This document shows positions 1 to 5,387 of a stretch of DNA of 20,902 nucleotides, one piece after another. Every line of letters begins with the position of its first letter. The stretch's first letter is position 1. A program made the translations under genes and the position numbers. A model generated the notes under the pieces. The model had not been told where the DNA came from. It searched no databases and saw nothing but the letters and a program-made list of their open reading frames with translations. The stretch comes from Candidatus Fraserbacteria bacterium (GTDB lineage: Bacteria; Bipolaricaulota; Bipolaricaulia; RBG-16-55-9; JANLFV01), in assembly GCA_037446135.1 (NCBI GenBank), contig JBBIJD010000030.1, forward strand, positions 1 to 20,902. The letters run 5' to 3'.

Positions 1-890
1 TAGGACTCCTCGGGCCTGGTGAACCAGAAGAGCTCGACCTTATTGAACTGGTGGATTCGGATCAGCCCGCGCTCCTCCTCCCCGGCCGCGCCGGCCTCCC
101 TCCGGAAGCAAGTGGTGAAGGCTGCATACTTCTTGGGTAATTCCGCGGCCTCGAGGATCTCAGCCCGGTGGAGGTTCGCCAGGAGGACCTCGGCTGTCGG
201 ATTCAAGTAGAGCCCATCCCGCTCACAGAAGTAGAGATCTTCTTGAAACTTCGGGAGCTGGGAAGAGGTGAAGAGGCTCTCCTCATTCCCCAAGAATGGA
301 GGGAAGATCGGCTCATAGCCGTTCTCTTCAGCCTGGTAATGGAACATAAACTGGACGAGCGCCAGCTCGAGGAGCGCTCCCTTCCCGCGGTATAAGGGGA
401 ACCTCGAGGCGGCGAGGCGGGCCCCACTAGGGAAATCAAGGATTCCTAAGGCCTCGCCAAGCTCGAGGTGGCTCCTCGGGGTGAAGGGGAAGCTCGGCTT
501 CTCCTTGTATTCCCGCAAGACAATTTTATCCCCCTTCCTCGTGGAGACCGGGACCGACCCATGCGGGAGGTTCGGGAGGCGGATGAGCAGTTCCCTGATC
601 TCCTGCTCGACCGCTTTCAGCTGCTCATCTAGCCCTCTGATCCGCTCGACGAGCTTGGCCATCTCTCCCTTCAATTGAGCGACCTCCTCAGTTCGGCCCG
701 CAGCAAGCAATCTCCCGATCTCCTTCGAGCCCTCATTCCTCTCGGCCTTCAACTCCTCGACCTCGCGGATGATCGCGCGGCGTTTCTCATCTAGTCTGAG
801 CAAGCCATTTAGGCTGATGCTGGCATCCCTGGTCCGGAGCCGTCGCTCGACCTCCTCGGGATTCTCACGGATCAGCTTTAAGTCGAGCAT
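1..890 (-). CDS. serS: Serine--tRNA ligase (5' part; runs off the window edge)
   Basis: Not in the ORF track because there is no stop in the window. Manual translation from ATG 890 gives MLDLKLIRENPEEVERRLRTRD...LPNLPHGSVP...SQLPKFQEDLY...LNPTAEV...TTCFRREAGAAGEEERGLIRIHQFNKVELF. This has the SerRS N-terminal coiled-coil arm and class II motif 2. Confidence 0.97.
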   Translation of the reverse strand, partial: MLDLKLIRENPEEVERRLRTRDASISLNGLLRLDEKRRAIIREVEELKAERNEGSKEIGRLLAAGRTEEVAQLKGEMAKLVERIRGLDEQLKAVEQEIRELLIRLPNLPHGSVPVSTRKGDKIVLREYKEKPSFPFTPRSHLELGEALGILDFPSGARLAASRFPLYRGKGALLELALVQFMFHYQAEENGYEPIFPPFLGNEESLFTSSQLPKFQEDLYFCERDGLYLNPTAEVLLANLHRAEILEAAELPKKYAAFTTCFRREAGAAGEEERGLIRIHQFNKVELFWFTRPEES

Positions 891-907
891 CGCCCTAGCC
901 TTTCCTA

Positions 908-1543
908 TCAACCCTCGAGAGTGCCCTCTAATCGTCGCAGGGTCCGCCACTTCGCCCGTGCACAGGGCGGGAAGCACCTATGCCGGCGATACCATTCCTC
1001 CAAGAACTTAAGGGTCTTCGGCTCGGAGGGGTAGCCCCAGCCGAAGTCACCATATTCTTTGTGCAGCTCGAGGATCGCCCGGTCCCGCTCGACCTTGGCG
1101 ATGATCGAGGCTGCGCTCACGATCGGATACTTCCGATCGGCTTGGTTCTCCCCGAAGAGCTCCGGCCCCGGGAGGTGCAACCTCAAGCCGACCAGCTCCC
1201 GGAGCTTGCGGCGGTAGCCCGCTACTCCCTGAGGATGGGCCGGGGCATCGAAGTAGACCGAATTAGGCCGGAGCTCACCGATCAAATCGGCCATCGCCCG
1301 GAGCTCGACATCATTTAAATCCTCCTCGAGCCGCTCGGCTGGAATGAGGATCGTCCGGACCTCCGCGAGCTGGGCGATTTGGGGTGCGAGCCTGGCCCTC
1401 CTCTGGCGGGTGAGGGCCTTAGAGTCGCGGACTCCCAGCCCGATCAGGGCCGTGATCCCCGCCTCATCGGCCAGGACCCCGGCGATGACGAGCGGCCCGA
1501 GGACCGGTCCCCTCCCGGCCTCGTCGATCCCTAGAATCTTCAT
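908..1543 (-). CDS. rnhB: Ribonuclease HII (archaeal-type sequence)
   Basis: Motifs MKILGIDEAGRGPVLGPLV, GVRDSKAL, FDA and VSAASIIAKVERD. Start placed at ATG 1543, which forms an ATGA overlap with the upstream stop, rather than at 1603. Confidence 0.95.
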   Translation of the reverse strand: MKILGIDEAGRGPVLGPLVIAGVLADEAGITALIGLGVRDSKALTRQRRARLAPQIAQLAEVRTILIPAERLEEDLNDVELRAMADLIGELRPNSVYFDAPAHPQGVAGYRRKLRELVGLRLHLPGPELFGENQADRKYPIVSAASIIAKVERDRAILELHKEYGDFGWGYPSEPKTLKFLEEWYRRHRCFPPCARAKWRTLRRLEGTLEG

Positions 1544-1773
1544 CGGAGGAGGCGCGCGATCAGGGTAAAAACGAGGGAGAGGAGGAGGCTGAGGACGAGG
1601 CAAGTCCCAAGAGGGAGGTAGAGCCGCCCGCGCTGGCCGAGCTCGACCTGAAAGTCGCCAGGGAGGTGGCCGAGCCAGGCGAGGCTTCGGGGGAGGAAGA
1701 GCAATAAGAGCCCCACGGCCATCGCCAGCCCGCCGAGCCCCAAGAGCAAGAGGCCGATTGCGCGCGGGTCCAT
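1540..1773 (-). CDS. DUF2905-family small membrane protein
   Basis: Two hydrophobic helices flanking WLGHLPGDF...LYLPLGTCLVLSLLLS, the typical DUF2905 pattern (GxLPGD...FYxPxxTxxxxSxxLS). GGGTGA SD. Confidence 0.85.
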   Translation of the reverse strand: MDPRAIGLLLLGLGGLAMAVGLLLLFLPRSLAWLGHLPGDFQVELGQRGRLYLPLGTCLVLSLLLSLVFTLIARLLR

Positions 1774-1793
1774 CTCACCCCTTTCGGATCAGG

Positions 1794-2051
1794 TCAGATC
1801 CCCCCCTGTCGCTCCACCAGTCCGCGGATATACTCGATGGCCTCCCCGACGGTAGTGATCTTTTCGGCATCTTCATCGGGGATCTCGATCCCGAATTCCT
1901 CTTCCAGCTCCATGATCATCTCTACAATGTCTAGAGAGTCCGCCCCCAGGTCATCGATGAAGGTGGCCTTCTCAGTGATCTCGCTGGCATCGACCATCAG
2001 TTGCTCCTCGATGATGCGCTTGACTCTCTCCGCGATCTCGTCCTCAACCAT
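1794..2051 (-). CDS. acpP: Acyl carrier protein
   Basis: [12 protein letters not shown] phosphopantetheine-Ser motif and [30 protein letters not shown] upstream. Confidence 0.97.
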   Translation of the reverse strand: MVEDEIAERVKRIIEEQLMVDASEITEKATFIDDLGADSLDIVEMIMELEEEFGIEIPDEDAEKITTVGEAIEYIRGLVERQGGI

Positions 2052-2114
2052 CTCTTAAACCTCCTCCTCGATTGCCGGTTTTCGGCCCAGTTATATCTGA
2101 TGCTCACCCCCCGG

Positions 2115-3134
2115 TCAAGGGGCCCTGGAGCCCTCCATGTGGCGGGCGATCCCCTGGGCGATCTTCTCCGGGAGCCGGTTTTGGACGGCGCTCTTGGCTA
2201 CCCTGATCGCATTCTTGATCGCGAGGGCGTCAGAGCGACCATGGGCCACAATCACCACCCCGTTGACCCCCAAGAGGGGTGCCCCGCCGTGATGAGCGGA
2301 GTCGAGCTTCTCCCTCAGGAGGCGGAATTGGGAGGCCATCAGGATGGCCCCGAGTCGTGCGGGGAGGTCCTGGCGGATCGACCTCTTGAGGAGCTCGATG
2401 ATCGCGGCCGCGGCCCCCTCAATCCCCTTGAGGAGGATATTCCCCACGAACCCGTCGCAGACGAGGACATCGACCTCGCCGCGGAGGAGGCGGTCGCTCT
2501 CGACATTCCCGACGAAGCCCTCTAGCCCTTCCAAGAGTTCGAAGGCCCGCCGGGCCAGCTCGTTCCCCTTCCCCCGCTCGGCCCCGATGTTCAGGAGGCC
2601 GAGCCGCGGCTGGGGAAGGCCGAGGATCTCTTGCATATAGACTCGGCCCATGATGGCGAACTGCTGGAGGTTGAGGGGGGAGCAGTCGGCATTCGCGCCG
2701 CTATCAATGAGGAGGAGGCTCTTCCCCGTGAGCGTGGGGATCGGGACAGCAATCCCAGGCCGGTCGATCCCCGGGAGGCGGCCGAGCTGGAGCAGGGCGG
2801 CGGCCATGACCGCCCCGGTATTCCCAGGGGAGACGAAGGCCTCAGCCCGGCCCTCTTTCAGGGCGAGTATCCCTTGGACGAGCGAGCTCTCCCGCTTCCT
2901 CCGGACCGCCTCGGCCGGAGAATCCTCCATTGTCACTGCCTCAGGCGCATCGATGATCGAATAAAAGGGAGCCTGGTCCCGGAGCTCCTGCTCGATCAAT
3001 GCGCGCTCCCCGGCGAAGATCACTTCGACCTCGAAGGCTCGAGCCGCGGCGAGACCGCCTCTGATGAGCTCAGCGGGAGGGTTATCGCCCCCGAGGGTGT
3101 CCAGGACGATCCTGATCCTTCCCTCTTCACCCAT
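2115..3134 (-). CDS. plsX: Phosphate acyltransferase PlsX
   Basis: PlsX motifs IVLDTLGGDNPP, VSPGNTGA, GIDRPGI, DSGANAD, LLNIGAERGKG, VCDGFVGNILLK and GGAPLLGVNGVVIVAHGRS. Confidence 0.96.
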   Translation of the reverse strand: MGEEGRIRIVLDTLGGDNPPAELIRGGLAAARAFEVEVIFAGERALIEQELRDQAPFYSIIDAPEAVTMEDSPAEAVRRKRESSLVQGILALKEGRAEAFVSPGNTGAVMAAALLQLGRLPGIDRPGIAVPIPTLTGKSLLLIDSGANADCSPLNLQQFAIMGRVYMQEILGLPQPRLGLLNIGAERGKGNELARRAFELLEGLEGFVGNVESDRLLRGEVDVLVCDGFVGNILLKGIEGAAAAIIELLKRSIRQDLPARLGAILMASQFRLLREKLDSAHHGGAPLLGVNGVVIVAHGRSDALAIKNAIRVAKSAVQNRLPEKIAQGIARHMEGSRAP

Positions 3135-3144
3135 AAAGATGTAG

Positions 3145-3233
3145 TGCCGAGGGCGGGACTTGAACCCGCACGGGCGTTTTTATTACCCACATGGCCCTCA
3201 ACCATGCGCGTCTGCCAGTTCCGCCACCTCGGC
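3145..3233 (-). tRNA. tRNA-Leu(GAG)
   Basis: Minus strand reads GCCGAGG TGGCGGAACTGGCAGACGC G CATGG-TTGAGGG-CCATG, then a long variable arm, GCGGG-TTCAAGT-CCCGC and CCTCGGC A. Anticodon GAG at 3199-3197. The discriminator is followed by CTA, not CCA. Confidence 0.97.
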
Positions 3234-3243
3234 GCTCCTTTGA

Positions 3244-3272
3244 ATCATAAGGGAGATCGGCTCTGCTGTCAA
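3244..3272 (-). promoter_or_regulatory. sigma70-type promoter for the tRNA-Leu-plsX-acpP-...-serS operon
   Basis: TTGACA (3272-3267), 17 nt spacer, TATGAT (3249-3244), ending 10 nt before the tRNA 5' end. Confidence 0.8.
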
Positions 3273-3277
3273 GCGCC

Positions 3278-3319
3278 AAAAGCAAGAGGCGTGCCTTGTA
3301 GGGCATACTGGCACGCCTC
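3278..3319 (-). terminator. Intrinsic terminator closing the small basic-peptide transcript
   Basis: Perfect 10-bp stem GAGGCGTGCC/GGCACGCCTC (3286-3295 with 3310-3319), followed on the minus strand by TTGCTTTT. Confidence 0.75.
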
Positions 3320-3343
3320 AGCCGGTCAGGTCGTGAGCCCTCT

Positions 3344-3397
3344 TTACTTCTTCCCGCCGGCGGGCTTCTTCCCGCCGCCCTTCTTCTTCAAGAGCAT
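3344..3397 (-). CDS. Putative 17-aa Lys/Gly-rich microprotein MLLKKKGGGKKPAGGKK
   Basis: AGGAGGTGA SD (3411-3403), 5 nt gap, ATG 3397, TAA 3346-3344. Preceded by a consensus promoter and followed by a terminator. Below the size cutoff of the ORF track. Confidence 0.6.
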   Translation of the reverse strand: MLLKKKGGGKKPAGGKK

Positions 3398-3442
3398 CGG
3401 GCTCACCTCCTCCCCTTTGTGGTAGAGGTCGGCGCACATGCG

Positions 3443-3498
3443 CACTTGACCACCCGGGCAAGGAAGATTATAATAAGGATCGCTCCCGTTGTCAAGTG
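3443..3498. promoter_or_regulatory. Symmetric bidirectional sigma70 promoter
   Basis: Plus strand: TTGACC (3446-3451)-17-TATAAT (3469-3474). Minus strand: TTGACA (3495-3490)-17-TATAAT (3472-3467). The shared palindrome ATTATAAT is flanked by the inverted repeat CACTTGAC/GTCAAGTG. Confidence 0.85.
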
Positions 3499-3521
3499 AT
3501 CTGCGTCACGGAGGTCGCCAA

Positions 3522-3827
3522 ATGGATGAGAGCTACGCCGATCTCTTTAAGTGCTTTGCTCATCCCTCCAGGCTCAAGCTGATGGAGCTCTTGGCCCGAG
3601 CTGGGGAGCTCTCGGTGATGGAGCTGGCCCAGGCCTTGGGGGTGAAGCACTCGACGATCTCCAAGCACCTCCATCTCCTTCGGCTCCAAGGACTAGTGCG
3701 GTCTCGCCGCGAGGGCCAGTTGACCTATTACTCCCTGAACTTGGAGACGATCACCCAGCTCTTCCACCATTTCCTCCACTCCCTGGAGATGGAGAGACAG
3801 GCCACTCTCCCCCTTTTTAAGGGGTGA
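3522..3827 (+). CDS. ArsR/SmtB-family transcriptional regulator
   Basis: FKCFAHPSRLKLMELL...ELSVMELAQALGVKHSTISKHLHLLRLQGLVRSRREGQLTYYSL is a winged HTH. ATG 3522 follows GGAGGT. The TTG start at 3489 lies inside the promoter region. Confidence 0.92.
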   Translation: MDESYADLFKCFAHPSRLKLMELLARAGELSVMELAQALGVKHSTISKHLHLLRLQGLVRSRREGQLTYYSLNLETITQLFHHFLHSLEMERQATLPLFKG

Positions 3828-3916
3828 CCTCATCCGTGCTTGCCCCACTCCCCTTTGACAGAGCCTCTACCCGGCCTGGAGGGCCCTGATCGGGGTGGCC
3901 GCGAGTCATGCAGGCT

Positions 3917-3925
3917 TGCTATAAT
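3917..3925 (+). promoter_or_regulatory. Extended -10 promoter (TGnTATAAT)
   Basis: TGCTATAAT about 30 nt upstream of the ATG at 3957, which has an AAGGAGGTGA SD. Confidence 0.55.
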
Positions 3926-3956
3926 CGATCATCTCCCTAGAAGGAGGTGACCGGTA

Positions 3957-4454
3957 ATGCGGCGCTACTTGATCGGGGTGGCCCTGGTTTTTGGCGTGGC
4001 GGTCGCTGCAGCCTTTGTCCACACCACCCTGGACCGGGCGCCAGAGCCCTCAGGGCTCGCTGCCATCTCCGGCGAGGTGCGGGTGATAGAAGCTAAGGTG
4101 ATCGGGGCCAAGAGCACGGGCGTAGGGCTGATCGAGCAGGCCTATGAAGTAGCCTGGCGAGGGGTGACCCGGACCGTGCCGCCGGGGAAGAAGTGGGTGG
4201 TGGTCGTGACTCCCACAGACCAGTTCGCGAACAGCGGGGATGCCCGCGAGCGCTGGCGCGGCTTCACTCTCAACCTCATGGGCGTCTTCCGCCAGGGGGA
4301 GCAAGTCTATCACGGTGAGCTGCCGGCGGGGAGCTATACAAACCTTGACCTCTATATCTACAACACGATGCAGCTCTTTGCAGACACCCCCGCGAACCAT
4401 GCCTGGGCCAAGGCCCCGGTCCTCTATCTCGTCCTGGAGATGGAGGCACAATAG
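3957..4454 (+). CDS. Hypothetical exported or membrane-anchored protein
   Basis: Strong SD AAGGAGGTGA. N-terminus MRRYLIGVALVFGVAVAAAF is a signal peptide or anchor. The remainder looks beta-rich and no family was recognised. Confidence 0.8.
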   Translation: MRRYLIGVALVFGVAVAAAFVHTTLDRAPEPSGLAAISGEVRVIEAKVIGAKSTGVGLIEQAYEVAWRGVTRTVPPGKKWVVVVTPTDQFANSGDARERWRGFTLNLMGVFRQGEQVYHGELPAGSYTNLDLYIYNTMQLFADTPANHAWAKAPVLYLVLEMEAQ

Positions 4455-4472
4455 CCCCAGCTTGACAGCCAC

Positions 4473-4501
4473 TTGTCTTCCCTGGCGAGTCGAGCTATAA
4501 T
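4473..4501 (+). promoter_or_regulatory. sigma70-type promoter upstream of the Trp-rich microprotein
   Basis: TTGTCT (4473-4478)-17-TATAAT (4496-4501). Confidence 0.65.
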
Positions 4502-4527
4502 TGCTTCGGTCAAGGAGGTGGTGGTAG

Positions 4528-4608
4528 ATGGACTGGTGGATTTGGCTCTTCGGTTTTTGGTTCCTGTGGCTGGTGGCGTTGCTGGCCTTCCTCACTGGCC
4601 CTTACTAA
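4528..4608 (+). CDS. Putative 26-aa Trp-rich single-TM microprotein MDWWIWLFGFWFLWLVALLAFLTGPY
   Basis: AAGGAGGTG SD (4512-4520), ATG 4528, TAA 4606-4608. Has its own promoter and fills an intergenic gap. Almost entirely hydrophobic. Confidence 0.65.
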   Translation: MDWWIWLFGFWFLWLVALLAFLTGPY

Positions 4609-4674
4609 GGCGGCTTTAGGAGAGGGCAGGGGCCCGAAAGGGAGTCCCCTTCTGTTCTGTTAAGGAGAGGAAAG

Positions 4675-5331
4675 ATGAAAAGGATCTTCTTTGCTGCCCT
4701 CCTGCTTTCGATTGTCTTCGCGCTGCCAGCCCTCGGGGCGAGCCTGGAAGAGCTGGCGCGCCAGCGGATCGTGCAAGAGACGGGCTTAGATCCAGACTTG
4801 GTCGCTACAATCTTCGTCTCGGAAGAGAATGCTCAGTTCATCCTGACCTTCATCTACATCAATGAGCGGACCTTCAATTCCCGGCTCAAGCCGGAACTCT
4901 TGGAAGCCATCGCCCCCTATCGTGGCCAGAAGGCGATGCTTGCCCTCGTCACCCCTGCCAGGGAGTCTTATTTCAACCCCGGGCTCATCACTTTCTCCCA
5001 GGGCGGGGTGGACTACCATGTGGCCCGCGGCGCGACCCACCAGGTCAATGAAGGCTTCAAGACCGGGACCCTCCCTACCGGGAAGGTGGCTGCGGGGGTC
5101 ATTCTCCTCGAGCGGCTCGAGCCGAGCCTGGGCCGGGAATCCACGAGCCTCGGGCTCGATGTGAGCCGGCCCTTCACGATCGGGTATATGAGCTACACCA
5201 CCAATTTCGCCCTGAGCGCGGGGCCGGCCTTGGCCTTCGGCCTAGAGGTGGGGCGTGGTGATTTGCTCCAACTGCTCCTCTACGGGCTCCTCAACCTCCT
5301 CCTCTTCCTCCTCTTCGGGTTCTTGGTCTAA
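4675..5331 (+). CDS. Hypothetical secreted protein with C-terminal membrane anchor
   Basis: Sec signal MKRIFFAALLLSIVFALPALGA and C-terminal hydrophobic segment LLQLLLYGLLNLLLFLLFGFLV. AAGGAGAGG SD. Confidence 0.85.
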   Translation: MKRIFFAALLLSIVFALPALGASLEELARQRIVQETGLDPDLVATIFVSEENAQFILTFIYINERTFNSRLKPELLEAIAPYRGQKAMLALVTPARESYFNPGLITFSQGGVDYHVARGATHQVNEGFKTGTLPTGKVAAGVILLERLEPSLGRESTSLGLDVSRPFTIGYMSYTTNFALSAGPALAFGLEVGRGDLLQLLLYGLLNLLLFLLFGFLV

Positions 5332-5335
5332 AGAG

Positions 5336-5378
5336 CAGGGCCGCGGCCGGTAGCGCTAGATGACTGACCGCGGCCCTG
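5336..5378. terminator. Hairpin between convergent genes (likely bidirectional terminator)
   Basis: CAGGGCCGCGG (5336-5346) and CCGCGGCCCTG (5368-5378) form a perfect 11-bp inverted repeat, with T-rich flanks on both strands. Confidence 0.7.
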
Positions 5379-5387
5379 GTTATTTCT

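Noticed and set aside
3145..3233. tRNA as an integration site of a genomic island
   Set aside because: No integrase and no duplicated tRNA 3' end were found, and housekeeping plsX follows immediately.
3278..3460. 6S RNA, tmRNA or SRP RNA identity for the ~180-nt transcript
   Set aside because: The length fits 6S, but I could not fold it into a rod with a symmetric central bubble. It has no tRNA-like ends or SRP domain IV motif. An Infernal/Rfam search would settle it.
3855..4467. TTGACA at 3855-3860 and 4462-4467 as -35 boxes
   Set aside because: No -10 hexamer at 16-18 nt spacing.
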